Origin: Candidatus Sulfomarinibacteraceae bacterium
Lineage (GTDB): Bacteria; Acidobacteriota; Thermoanaerobaculia; Thermoanaerobaculales; Sulfomarinibacteraceae
Direction of reading: 5' to 3'
Assembly (NCBI GenBank): GCA_963796455.1
Contig: CAWCLO010000004.1
Coordinates: 960,001 to 1,024,000, forward strand
DNA: 64,000 nucleotides
Shown here: positions 17,918-27,716 of the stretch, one piece after another
Numbering within the stretch: the stretch's first letter is position 1
Layout: every line of letters starts with the position of its first letter
Position numbers and translations under genes: made by a program
The notes under the pieces: generated by a model
What the model saw: the letters and a program-made list of their open reading frames with translations, nothing else
Told to the model about the DNA's origin: nothing
Databases searched by the model: none

Positions 17918-19466
17918 CCGGAGCCGATGTTACAAAACGCCATACCGGGTCCTCATCTGTTTTGACGAGTGTCGAGGCCTCGACACGGGAGCGAAACCTC
18001 GCCAGCAATTCGCCGAGCGAACTGCCCGTCGCCGCGGCCTGAAGGGCGTCGAAGACCCCGACATCGCCGCGGCTGAGAAAGGCCTGCCACTGGGCCTCAC
18101 GATAGCCCGGGTGGTCGATTCGGACCCCGCCGAGACCGCTGATCCCGCGCTGAATCAGTTTCATCCTCCGCCGCGCTTCATGTTGGCTGAGCATGAGCTC
18201 CTTCGAATAGGGGGTGTAGGGCTTCGGCACCAAAACGTTGAAGCCGGCGTGAAGGGTCCCGACCCGTCCACGTTCGCGGCCGTAACCCACCATCACTGCC
18301 CGCACCCGGGTGATGAGGTCCACGATGCCGGCGAGGTCGGTGTCGGTCTCGCCGGGAAGACCGATGATGAAGTACATCTTCAGGCTTTCGATACCGCAGC
18401 GCTGTGCGGTTTCGGCGGCGGCGAGAATGGCGCTGTTCGGGATCGGTTTTTTGAGCTTGCGGCGGAGCTCATCGCTCCCGGTTTCCGGTGCGATGGTGAC
18501 CGATCGCGCCCCGGATTCCGCGAGAGGTCGCAGGACATCCTCCGTCATCGCCGGAATTCGCAGCGATGATAGGGCCACATTCAGATCCCGACGTCGGCAC
18601 TGGTGCAGGATCTCCGCCAGACGTGGGTGATCACCGACGGCGGTGGCGACGAATCCGATACGGTCGCTGATCTGCGCGATTCGGTCGACTCGAGCGAGGA
18701 TGCCCTCCTCCGAATAACAACGGAGTCGGCCGTAGTTGTAGCTCACCCAACAATAACGGCACTTCTCGGGACAGCCTCGCGACATCTCGACGAGGCCACG
18801 ACCACTGTATTCGGTATGAGGAGTCACCATGTGGGAGGCTGGAACCATGGCGTTGTCGGCCATGTGTTCATCACGCTTTTCGATTCGTCTCCGGCGGCCG
18901 TTTGGACGCCCATTCTCGTCGAGATGGTGGAGCGGCACGAAATACCCGTCCCGCGTCGCCAACTCCAGGAGGAGCCGGTCGCGATCACGGATTTCGAGAC
19001 ACAGCTCGAGCAAGGGCGGCCACAATCGTTCGGCGGATCCGAGGACGAAGACGTCGACGGCCGGCGACAAGGGGAGGGGATTGATGGATGCCACCGCGCC
19101 ACCCATGACCAGTAGGGGATGCCGATGGTCGCGTTCTTCCCTTCGAGTCGGGATACCGGCTGCCTGAAGAGTCGAAAGCAGATTCGCGGCATCGAGTTCG
19201 AAGGAGCAGCTCCAAGCGAGGAGATCGAGATCGCCGAGTCCACAACCGGTTTCCAGAGTCCTGCCGTTTCCCGGCGCATCCGAGAAGAAGCGTTCGATCC
19301 CGACGTCCTCACATCGGCCGGCGATCTCCACCACCCACTGGAACGCGAGCGAAGACATCGCAACGTGATATGTGTTCGGGTAACCGACACCCACCCTCAG
19401 CTTGCCTGCGGTGGAGACATCGAACACCCGCTTTTCGGAATTCAGCAGGTGACGGCGTTCGGTCAT
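17895..19466 (-). CDS. Radical SAM protein with B12-binding-like N-terminal domain
   Basis: YPNTYHVAMSSL, EMSRGCPEKCRYC (CxxxCxxC), TIAPETGS, KMYFIIGLPGE. Confidence 0.85.
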   Translation of the reverse strand: MTERRHLLNSEKRVFDVSTAGKLRVGVGYPNTYHVAMSSLAFQWVVEIAGRCEDVGIERFFSDAPGNGRTLETGCGLGDLDLLAWSCSFELDAANLLSTLQAAGIPTRREERDHRHPLLVMGGAVASINPLPLSPAVDVFVLGSAERLWPPLLELCLEIRDRDRLLLELATRDGYFVPLHHLDENGRPNGRRRRIEKRDEHMADNAMVPASHMVTPHTEYSGRGLVEMSRGCPEKCRYCWVSYNYGRLRCYSEEGILARVDRIAQISDRIGFVATAVGDHPRLAEILHQCRRRDLNVALSSLRIPAMTEDVLRPLAESGARSVTIAPETGSDELRRKLKKPIPNSAILAAAETAQRCGIESLKMYFIIGLPGETDTDLAGIVDLITRVRAVMVGYGRERGRVGTLHAGFNVLVPKPYTPYSKELMLSQHEARRRMKLIQRGISGLGGVRIDHPGYREAQWQAFLSRGDVGVFDALQAAATGSSLGELLARFRSRVEASTLVKTDEDPVWRFVTSAPVSALPGS

Positions 19467-19639
19467 CGTCAAAGCAAAGCACCTCTCCGGTCGCGCGAAC
19501 CCGTGCAGTCGATATTTTCGAAGGCGGTGGCGCAACCGAACGAAATAATTGAATTGGTCACTGGACGAGCATACGGCACCCTGTACAATAGCGGTTCTGC
19601 AGACCTCCGCATGGTCCGCGTCAAAGGAAGCTCCACAGC

Positions 19640-20356
19640 GTGACTGCCCCACGAAACGACCGAACACACCCAATATTGGTGGCGATAGATGGACCGGCCG
19701 GGGCCGGAAAATCAACCGTGGCGGCGGGTTTGGCCGCCAGGCTCGGCATTCCCTACCTCGACACGGGCGCCATGTATCGGGCGGTGGCGCTGCTGGCCAT
19801 CCGCGACGGTCTTCCCGCTACCCTCGATTTGGAATCGGCGCGACGCGTCGTGGAACTGATGAACGAGCACGATATCGACGTCGCTGCGGATGTTGATGGC
19901 ACCCGGATCCTGATTGATGGTGAGGATGTGAGTTCCGAAATCCGTTCCCCCGAGTGCTCGATGATGGCTTCTGGAGTATCCGCTGTCAGTGAGGTCCGGC
20001 AGGCCCTGGTCCCCATCCAGAGGAGGCTCGGTCTCGAAAAGGGCGGGGTCATGGAGGGACGTGATATCGGATCGGTGGTTCTCCCCGATGCGGATCTCAA
20101 GGTATTTCTCACGGCTGATTCGGAGCAGCGAGCTCTGAGACGCCATCGCGACCTTGTGGAGGACCAGATCGAGACGACTCTCGACGAGGTTCGGCGGCAA
20201 CAGAATCAGCGCGATCATCAGGACACCTCACGCGCCGATTCACCCCTCCAGGTAGCTCGTGGCGCGATCGTGGTCGACACCTCGAAGCTGAGCCTGGAGG
20301 AGGTCATTGATCGACTGTCGGAGGAGCTGGGCAACGTTTTCGATCACGATGCTTGA
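19640..20356 (+). CDS. cmk: Cytidylate kinase
   Basis: AIDGPAGAGKST, YLDTGAMYRA, VMEGRDIGSVV, KVFLTA; upstream of rpsA. Confidence 0.96.
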   Translation: MTAPRNDRTHPILVAIDGPAGAGKSTVAAGLAARLGIPYLDTGAMYRAVALLAIRDGLPATLDLESARRVVELMNEHDIDVAADVDGTRILIDGEDVSSEIRSPECSMMASGVSAVSEVRQALVPIQRRLGLEKGGVMEGRDIGSVVLPDADLKVFLTADSEQRALRRHRDLVEDQIETTLDEVRRQQNQRDHQDTSRADSPLQVARGAIVVDTSKLSLEEVIDRLSEELGNVFDHDA

Positions 20357-20382
20357 CAGTATCGTGCATTAGGCCGTAAGGT
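20353..20382 (+). promoter_or_regulatory. Putative sigma-70 promoter for rpsA
   Basis: TTGACA-N18-TAAGGT. Confidence 0.45.
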
Positions 20383-20439
20383 CATCAAATTACAGAGGCT
20401 AGGTTCACAATGGGGTGAGTCTAGCGAGGAGGAACAGTC

Positions 20440-22590
20440 TTGAGTATGGACCCGGAAATGAATGGTGATCTGGAACAAGAGGAGGGAATGAACGAGCTCT
20501 CCATGGAACAGCTGATGGAGACGTCCCTGCAGTCTCTGAAGGAAGGCGAAGTCGTTCACGGTGTTGTGGTGGCGGTCGACAGCGATGAAGTGTTGGTCGA
20601 CATCGGTTACAAGTGTGAGGGCAGCGTCTCCGTTTCAGAGTTCACGGATCCCGAGACCAACGAGGTCACGGTATCGGTCAACGACGAGGTCGAGGTCTTC
20701 GTGGAGCGTATGGATGAGGGAGAAGGGCGTGTCCGCCTCTCTCGCGACCGCGCCGCAAAGCTCAAGATCTGGCGTACGATCGAGGAAGCCTACAAATCCG
20801 GAGTTCCCGTCACGGGGCAGGTTCTGGAGAGAGTCAAGGGAGGCCTGTCGGTCGATATCGGCGTTCGTGCCTTTCTTCCCGGCTCGCTGGTGGACCTGCT
20901 CCCCAACCGCCGACTCGAAGATTATCTCGAACAGGAGATCGAGGCCCGCATCATCTCCTTTGACCGCCGTCGCTCCAACGTTGTCTTGTCGCGAAAAGCC
21001 ATCCTCGAAGAGGCCCAGGGCAAGGTCAAAGAAGAGACCATGGAAACCCTCGAAGAGGGCAAACTGGTCAATGGAGTGGTCAAGAACCTGACCGACTATG
21101 GGGTTTTTGTTGATCTCGGAGGTCTCGACGGCCTGCTCCACATCACCGATATCTCCTGGGGACGCGTCGGTCACCCGACCGAGTATTTCAACGTCGGCGA
21201 CGAGGTGGATGTGGTGGTACTGAGGTTCGATCGCGAACGCGAGCGAGTCTCGTTAGGCTACAAACAACGCTTCGAAGACCCATGGATTCTGGTGCCGGAG
21301 AAATACCCTGTCGGCAAGAGAGTCGAGGGCAAGGTTGTCAGCATCGTGGACTATGGAGCTTTTGTGGTCCTCGAAGAGGGCGTCGAAGGCCTGATCCATG
21401 TCAGCGAAATGTCGTGGACAAAAAAGGTCAAGAATCCTCGTTCCATCCTCGAGATCGACCAGGAAGTCGAGGTCGTGGTCTCCGAAGTCGATGCCGATAA
21501 GAGACGCCTGTCCCTGTCCCTGCGTGCGACGGAGCCCAATCCCTGGGAGAAGGTGGCCGAGTCCTACAACGTCGGGAGCTCCGTCAAGGGTGTGGTCCGC
21601 AATCTGACGGATTTCGGCGCGTTTATCGAAATCATTCCCGGAGTGGACGGTCTGGTCCACATCTCAGATATGTCGTGGACCCGCCGGATCAACCATCCTT
21701 CGGAGGTCGTGCAAAAGGGCGAAGAGGTCGAGGCGGTCATCACTTCGATCGATTCGTACAATCAGCGGATCTCGCTTTCCATGAAAGAGCTCATGCCGAA
21801 CGAATGGGAAGAGTACGCCAACACCCATGGAGTCGGCGATGTGGGCAACGGGAAGGTCACCAACATCACCGATTTCGGTGTCTTTGTGGAGCTCGCCCCC
21901 GGTGTCGAGGGTTTGTGTCACATCTCCGAAATCGATCGCGATGAGAGTCTCTCCCTGGCGGAGATGTTCAGCACCGGGCAGCAGGTGATGTGCCGGATTC
22001 TGCGGATCGACTGGCACGAGAGCCGCATCGGTCTTTCGATGCATGGTGTCCAGCAGGATGATGTCGAGGCGGTTATAGCTGCCGAAGAGAGTTCTTCCAC
22101 CAATACCGCCATGGCTGCGGCTCTGCGCGCCGTCGGCATCGGTGATGACGAAGCCGAGACCGAGGCATCGACCGACGAGGCCGATGTGGTCGCCGAAGAG
22201 ACGGCGGCGGCTGGAGACGTCGTCGATGAATCCGCAGAAGAAGTGGCCGAAGAAGTCACCGAAGAAGCGGCTGTTGAAACGGTGGTCGAGGAAACGACTG
22301 AGGGTGAAACCGAAGTCGAGACCGTCGCGGAGGTGGCTGTAGAAGCCGAAGCGGCTGCAGAGTCGGATGAGATCGAGGCGGCAGCCGAAGTTGAAGCCGA
22401 AGCGGTGGTCGAGGAAGCAACGGTGGATGAGACCGAGGTCACGGAGGACGCGGCAGTCGAGACGGTCGAAGCAGTCGAAGAAAACGACGAGTCTGAAGAG
22501 GCTGAAGAAGCTGTGGCCAGTGATGACGGAGACGCGCCGGGTGAAGAAGAGCCCGAAGCATCCGCCGATCCGGAAAAAGAGGAAAAATAG
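20440..22590 (+). CDS. rpsA: 30S ribosomal protein S1 with long acidic C-terminal tail
   Basis: Six S1 repeats (TDYGVFVDL.G.DGLLHI, VDYGAFV.LEEGVEGLIHVSE, etc.) followed by ~150 aa rich in E/A/V/T. Confidence 0.96.
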   Translation: MSMDPEMNGDLEQEEGMNELSMEQLMETSLQSLKEGEVVHGVVVAVDSDEVLVDIGYKCEGSVSVSEFTDPETNEVTVSVNDEVEVFVERMDEGEGRVRLSRDRAAKLKIWRTIEEAYKSGVPVTGQVLERVKGGLSVDIGVRAFLPGSLVDLLPNRRLEDYLEQEIEARIISFDRRRSNVVLSRKAILEEAQGKVKEETMETLEEGKLVNGVVKNLTDYGVFVDLGGLDGLLHITDISWGRVGHPTEYFNVGDEVDVVVLRFDRERERVSLGYKQRFEDPWILVPEKYPVGKRVEGKVVSIVDYGAFVVLEEGVEGLIHVSEMSWTKKVKNPRSILEIDQEVEVVVSEVDADKRRLSLSLRATEPNPWEKVAESYNVGSSVKGVVRNLTDFGAFIEIIPGVDGLVHISDMSWTRRINHPSEVVQKGEEVEAVITSIDSYNQRISLSMKELMPNEWEEYANTHGVGDVGNGKVTNITDFGVFVELAPGVEGLCHISEIDRDESLSLAEMFSTGQQVMCRILRIDWHESRIGLSMHGVQQDDVEAVIAAEESSSTNTAMAAALRAVGIGDDEAETEASTDEADVVAEETAAAGDVVDESAEEVAEEVTEEAAVETVVEETTEGETEVETVAEVAVEAEAAAESDEIEAAAEVEAEAVVEEATVDETEVTEDAAVETVEAVEENDESEEAEEAVASDDGDAPGEEEPEASADPEKEEK

Positions 22591-22638
22591 GTTGCTTGCG
22601 GTCCGAGGGGGACTGCGGGGGAGCAAGGAGCACCATAG

Positions 22639-22923
22639 ATGACTATGACCAAGGCGGATCTCGTAGAAACGGTCGCTGAAGCAGCCGACGTGCCGCGCAA
22701 GCAAGCGGATGAAGTCGTACAGGTGATACTCGAGAGCATCATCACGGCTCTGAGGCGCAACGAGAAGGTCGAACTCCGGGGATTCGGTTCGTTCCGGATC
22801 CGGCAGCGTGGCGAGCGCACCGGGCGCAACCCCAAGACCGGTGAGCAGGTGCATGTTCCGCCAAAGAAGATCCCCTATTTCAAACCAGGCAAACACCTCA
22901 GAGAAGAGCTGCTGCAGCAGTGA
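22639..22923 (+). CDS. HU/IHF-beta family DNA-binding protein
   Basis: MTKADLVE, VELRGFGSF, GRNPKTGE, PYFKPGK; directly after rpsA, the usual ihfB position. Confidence 0.93.
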   Translation: MTMTKADLVETVAEAADVPRKQADEVVQVILESIITALRRNEKVELRGFGSFRIRQRGERTGRNPKTGEQVHVPPKKIPYFKPGKHLREELLQQ

Positions 22924-23438
22924 CCGGAGAGGGTCGACATCTCTTTGCTCCATGGCGGTTGAAGTACGTGTCAACGGCTGATAACCGCGACAAAAGCCAA
23001 TGCATCTTCTGCCGGGCCTACGCTTCGAAGGATGACCGTGAAACACTGACCCTGGCACGCGATACGGGTTCTTTTGCGTTGTTGAATCTCTATCCCTACA
23101 CAACCGGGCATGCGATGGTGGCGCCGATTCAGCACAAGAGTGATATCGGCGACGTCGATGTCGACATATTGACCGAAATGATGGGCACAGCCAAGAACCT
23201 GATGGATTCGCTCCGTGCTCTCTACAAACCCCACGGATTCAATGTCGGTTTCAATGTGGGCGAGGCCGCCGGGGCGGGAATCGAGGAACATCTGCACCTC
23301 CATATCGTTCCGCGGTGGCATGCGGACAACAACTTCATGACTGTCATCGGTGATACGCGGGTGATTCCCGAGGACTTGGAAACCACTTTCGACCGGATGC
23401 GGAAAGCACTCAAAACCGTTCGTGGGAGCGAGAGATGA
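22920..23438 (+). CDS. HIT-family nucleotide hydrolase/phosphorylase
   Basis: APWR, CIFC, LNLYPYTTGH, HLHLHIVPRW. Confidence 0.92.
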   Translation: MTGEGRHLFAPWRLKYVSTADNRDKSQCIFCRAYASKDDRETLTLARDTGSFALLNLYPYTTGHAMVAPIQHKSDIGDVDVDILTEMMGTAKNLMDSLRALYKPHGFNVGFNVGEAAGAGIEEHLHLHIVPRWHADNNFMTVIGDTRVIPEDLETTFDRMRKALKTVRGSER

Positions 23439-23899
23439 AAAAAAGCCGGTCGGAAAAGAAAACAAACAACCCGAAAGAGGAAAAGGCCGCCTCGAAGGTT
23501 CCGTTGAGGCTCCTCATGGGAGCATGGCTGATTCCGGGTCTGGGGCATTGGTTGCTCGGCAAGCGCAAGCGCGCGATCATCTTTGCGCTCGTGATAGTGA
23601 GTGCATTTGTCACCGGCACCCTGCTCGATGGCGAATTGGGAACACCAAAACCGCAGAACCCATTTTCATGGCTCGCCGCCTTCGCCTGCCTCGGTAACGG
23701 CATTCTCTACCTCATCCGGTTGTTCTGGATTAACGGTCTTGGAGACGTTCTCAGTGGGTTCCCGTTCGGGCTCGAAGGTGGGGGCAACCCGTCGGCAACG
23801 GGTTTTGCCTATGGAAACACCTTTCTCTATACCGCTGGTCTGATGAATCTTTTGACGGTTCTTGATGTTTCGGACATTGCCAAGGGTCAAAAGGACTGA
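23435..23899 (+). CDS. Membrane protein (DUF6677-like)
   Basis: AWLIPGLGH...GK..R motif, several hydrophobic segments, AGLMNLL. Confidence 0.7.
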   Translation: MKKSRSEKKTNNPKEEKAASKVPLRLLMGAWLIPGLGHWLLGKRKRAIIFALVIVSAFVTGTLLDGELGTPKPQNPFSWLAAFACLGNGILYLIRLFWINGLGDVLSGFPFGLEGGGNPSATGFAYGNTFLYTAGLMNLLTVLDVSDIAKGQKD

Positions 23900-23900
23900 G

Positions 23901-24068
23901 ATGGACCACCTCACTCTGATGCTGTGGCACGCATTTCTGGTTGCGGTTTTTTTCGCCTTTTTGTGGCGATCGACCACAGCGGGAAGGCGTCGCCTTTTCC
24001 TCAAGACCTTTTTGATCATGGCGGTTGGCGGGACCTTGCTCGGCTGGCTCATGTTCCCGTTCCCCTGA
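23901..24068 (+). CDS. Small two-helix membrane protein
   Basis: 55 aa, two hydrophobic segments, ends WLMFPFP; tightly packed between operon genes. Confidence 0.65.
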   Translation: MDHLTLMLWHAFLVAVFFAFLWRSTTAGRRRLFLKTFLIMAVGGTLLGWLMFPFP

Positions 24069-24083
24069 GCTTGAGATGAGGTA

Positions 24084-25211
24084 TTGAGCGTGTCGGGTCG
24101 CGAACTGCTCATCGTTGCGGGAGAGGTCTCGGGTGACATTCACGCCGGCAACCTTTTGCGCGAACTGAACGATCTCGACCCGACGATCACGGCCTATGGG
24201 GTCGGGGGCGATCGACTGATCGATGCCGGCCTCGAGGCGGTGGCGACGGTCGATGAGCTCGCTCACATGGGCCTGGTGGAAGTTCTTCGTGAGCTGCCGC
24301 GGATTCTCCGCCTGATGAATTCGCTGGTTGACGAGGCGAAGCGCCGAAAACCGGACCTTGCCGTACTGGTGGACTCTCCGGATTTCAACCTTCGCCTCGC
24401 ACGAAGGCTCCGGTCACTCGGGATTCCGGTGGTCCTTTATGTTTCTCCGCAGCTCTGGGCCTGGCGGCGCGGTCGTGTTCACCAGGTTCGGGAACTCGCC
24501 GAAGAGGTGCTCTGCATTCTCCCGTTTGAGGTTCCGTTTTATGAAGAGCACGGAGTCAAGGCACGTTATGTCGGCCATCCTCTGGTTGACGAGATCTATC
24601 GGGTCGGTCTGCTTGGCGCCGAGAATCGAGCCCGGGTCCGGCGTCTGGGGCTCCTCCCGGGCTCGCGAGGGATGGAAGTCCGGCAACTGCTGCCGGTGAT
24701 GATGGAAGCCCTCGCGCTGATGCCGACCGAACAGGTCGAAGAAGCGGTTCTGATCGAGGCTCCGGGAATGGAATCCGTCGTCGATGAGGTCCTTGCCGGC
24801 TGCCCCGCGGACTCGAGGCTGATCCGCAGCGGTGGTGAGGACCGTCGGGAAGCGTTGGTCGGAAGTGCTCTCGCCTGGACCGCCTCGGGCACGGCCACCC
24901 TGGAGTGCACCCTCCTCGATGTGCCCATGGTGGTTGGCTACAAATTGCGCGCTCTCTCTTTCGCCTTGGCCCGTCTCCTGGTGAAGGTGCCGAATGTCGC
25001 CCTCGTCAATCTGATCGCCGGCGAGACTGTGGTTCCCGAGTTGCTCCAGAAGGATTGGAACGGTCCTCATCTCGCCGAGGTCTCCCGACGTTTGTTGGCC
25101 GACGATGCCGCGTCACAGCGGCCGGGTCTCGCTCGAGCCCGTCGTCTGCTGGGTGAGCCGGGGGCCTCGAGAAAGACCGCCATGGCGGTGCGGGATTATT
25201 TGCGCGAGTGA
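24084..25211 (+). CDS. lpxB: Lipid-A-disaccharide synthase
   Basis: AGEVSGD, VDSPDFN, YVSPQLWAWR, YVGHPL, LLPGSR, SGTATLE. Confidence 0.96.
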   Translation: MSVSGRELLIVAGEVSGDIHAGNLLRELNDLDPTITAYGVGGDRLIDAGLEAVATVDELAHMGLVEVLRELPRILRLMNSLVDEAKRRKPDLAVLVDSPDFNLRLARRLRSLGIPVVLYVSPQLWAWRRGRVHQVRELAEEVLCILPFEVPFYEEHGVKARYVGHPLVDEIYRVGLLGAENRARVRRLGLLPGSRGMEVRQLLPVMMEALALMPTEQVEEAVLIEAPGMESVVDEVLAGCPADSRLIRSGGEDRREALVGSALAWTASGTATLECTLLDVPMVVGYKLRALSFALARLLVKVPNVALVNLIAGETVVPELLQKDWNGPHLAEVSRRLLADDAASQRPGLARARRLLGEPGASRKTAMAVRDYLRE

Positions 25212-25324
25212 AAAGCGTTCTCTTCCGCGATAGTGCCGGATAAGAGATCTCCACTGCAATGAAATTGCCGGAACCCGCGCACCGGCCCACTCGTCCGCGG
25301 TAGAATGCCTGGCTTGGAGGACGG

Positions 25325-26740
25325 ATGAAGACAGCGCCGACACGAGATTTGGATCAGCGGACCGGAAGGCCCGTCCGGGTCGGCATGATCAGCCTCGGCT
25401 GTGCCAAGAACCTGGTCGACGGCGAGCTCATGTTGGGAAAGCTCCAGAGTGACGGTATCGAGTTGACCTCGGATGCTGCCGGGGCGGATGTGGTTGTCGT
25501 CAATACCTGTGGTTTCATCACCGAGGCAAAAGAGGAGTCCATCGAGGCAATCCTGGAAATCGCTCGAGCGAAGGAGCGGGGCGATGTTCGGCGCCTGGTG
25601 GTTTCAGGTTGCATGGCGCAGGCCTATGCGGACGATCTGGCGCGAGAGATCCCTGAGATCGACGCATTCATCGGGCTCGACGAATTGGAGCAAATCACCA
25701 CCGCCGTTCGCGGCGAGTTGGCGGCCCATATTCCCGATCAGCGCGGAGCCTTGAAGGTCTATGACCACAGCATTCCCAGGGTGCTGTCAACCGGTAGCCA
25801 TGCCTATCTGAAGGTCGCCGAAGGCTGCAACAACCCGTGCACCTTCTGTCACATTCCGAATATGCGGGGGCGGTTCCGGTCGCGAAGCGTGGACGATCTC
25901 GTGGCCGAGGCACGGGCCCTCGAAGATCAGGGGATCCAGGAGTTGAATCTGATCGCCCAGGACACCACACGCTATGGCGAAGATCTGGGGCTCGCAGGTG
26001 GGCTGCGAGAGTTGGTGGAAGAGCTTCTCGAACAAACCGATCTGCCGTGGATTCGGTTTCTCTACGCCTATCCGGCCACCCTCGATGAAGGTCTTTTCGA
26101 TCTCATGGCGGCGGAGCCGCGGTTTCTTTCTTACCTCGATATTCCGCTGCAACATGCCAGCCGGAAAGTCCTCAAATTGATGAAGAGGGGAGGGGACTCA
26201 CGCAGCTATCGCGCCTTGATCGAAAAAGCCCGTTCGAAGGTGCCCGATCTGACGCTTCGCACGACCATGATCGTCGGGTTTCCCGGTGAGGGAGATCAGG
26301 AGTTCGAAGAACTCGAATCCTTCGTGCGCGATATTCGTTTTGATCATCTCGGTGTATTCAGCTATTCCTGGCAGGAAGAAAACCCTGGAGCGGAGCTCGG
26401 CGATCCGGTTGCAGAAGAAGTCAAGACACTCCGGCGTGACCGTCTCCTGACCCTGCAACAGGGCATCAGCATGCAACGCCATCAGGAAATGGTCGGTCGA
26501 AACTTCGAAGCCCTGGTCTCCGGACCTCTTGAAGAAATGGAACTCCTGCTCGAAGCACGACTGGCGCGGCAGGCACCAGAGATTGACGGTCGTCTGCTGA
26601 TCAACGATGGCGAGGCGCCTGCCGGTTCACTGGTTGAGGTTGAAATCACGGACGCCCACCCCTACGACCTGGTCGGTCGTCTGGTGAGGGTGGTTCGTGA
26701 GGGTCGCCGGCCGCCCACGCGGCTGCCGGTCATGAGCTGA
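25325..26740 (+). CDS. rimO: Ribosomal protein S12 methylthiotransferase
   Basis: SLGCAKNLVD, NTCGFI, AYLKVAEGCNNPCTFC, QAPEIDG TRAM domain. Confidence 0.95.
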   Translation: MKTAPTRDLDQRTGRPVRVGMISLGCAKNLVDGELMLGKLQSDGIELTSDAAGADVVVVNTCGFITEAKEESIEAILEIARAKERGDVRRLVVSGCMAQAYADDLAREIPEIDAFIGLDELEQITTAVRGELAAHIPDQRGALKVYDHSIPRVLSTGSHAYLKVAEGCNNPCTFCHIPNMRGRFRSRSVDDLVAEARALEDQGIQELNLIAQDTTRYGEDLGLAGGLRELVEELLEQTDLPWIRFLYAYPATLDEGLFDLMAAEPRFLSYLDIPLQHASRKVLKLMKRGGDSRSYRALIEKARSKVPDLTLRTTMIVGFPGEGDQEFEELESFVRDIRFDHLGVFSYSWQEENPGAELGDPVAEEVKTLRRDRLLTLQQGISMQRHQEMVGRNFEALVSGPLEEMELLLEARLARQAPEIDGRLLINDGEAPAGSLVEVEITDAHPYDLVGRLVRVVREGRRPPTRLPVMS

Positions 26741-26750
26741 AGGAGATCGG

Positions 26751-27716
26751 GTGGAGGTTCTCAGAGATCCGCTCGGAAACGATGATCCGCCGCAGGGCGC
26801 GGTGTTGAGCATTGGAAATTTTGACGGTGTACACGTGGGACATCAGGCTGTTCTCAGCTATGTGGTCGAGCGGGCACATTCGATGGAAGTTCCAAGTCTG
26901 TGTATGACCTTCGACCCCCATCCCATCAAGCTATTACGGCCATCCGACTCGCCTCGTCTTCTGACCACACTTGAGCAAAGGCTTTCACTGATCGAAGCCA
27001 CGGGGATCGAATCCACCCTGGTGGTGCCGTTCACCCACAAGCTGGCTCGAATGGATGCCGCCGACTTCGTTTCCGATGTCCTGGTCGACAAACTCCGGGT
27101 CCGAGAGGTCTATATCGGCAAAAACTTCAGATTCGGCGCCGATCGCGGCGGAGATGTTGATCTCCTGAAGAAGATGGGCGAGAAACTCGGATTCCTTGCC
27201 GAATCCTCACCGATCGTGGAGGCCGCCGGAGGGGTGGTGTCCTCGACCCGCGTGCGCGAATCGATGGCTGCCGGCCGAGTTGACGAGGTGAGTTCGTTGT
27301 TGGGACGAGCGGCCTTCATCGAAGGCACTGTTCTCGAGGGGAAACGCCTGGGAAGGACCTTGGGCTTTCCGACCCTCAACATCGAAGCAGACAACGAACT
27401 GGAACCGCGCCATGGCGTGTATGTGACAGCGGCCTATCTTCCGTCCTTCAATCGCACGTTTCCGGCTGTTACCAACATCGGGGTGCGTCCCACGGTGTAT
27501 CAGAATTCCATGACAACGATCGAGAGCCACCTGCTCGATTTCACGGCAGATGTGTATCGAGAAAAGGTTCGGCTTTTCTTCCTCGAACGTCTTCGCGAAG
27601 AACGGACCTTCAGTTCAACAATGGAACTCATGTCTCAGATCCGACGCGATGTTGCAGATGGGCGATCGTATTTTGAAAGCCATGCGGTTTCCGAGCTTCC
27701 TCTGGTGCTTCCGTGA
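26751..27716 (+). CDS. ribF: Bifunctional riboflavin kinase/FAD synthetase
   Basis: IGNFDGVHVGHQ, VSSTRVR, GRTLGFPTLN, NIGVRPT, ESHLLDF. Confidence 0.96.
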   Translation: MEVLRDPLGNDDPPQGAVLSIGNFDGVHVGHQAVLSYVVERAHSMEVPSLCMTFDPHPIKLLRPSDSPRLLTTLEQRLSLIEATGIESTLVVPFTHKLARMDAADFVSDVLVDKLRVREVYIGKNFRFGADRGGDVDLLKKMGEKLGFLAESSPIVEAAGGVVSSTRVRESMAAGRVDEVSSLLGRAAFIEGTVLEGKRLGRTLGFPTLNIEADNELEPRHGVYVTAAYLPSFNRTFPAVTNIGVRPTVYQNSMTTIESHLLDFTADVYREKVRLFFLERLREERTFSSTMELMSQIRRDVADGRSYFESHAVSELPLVLP

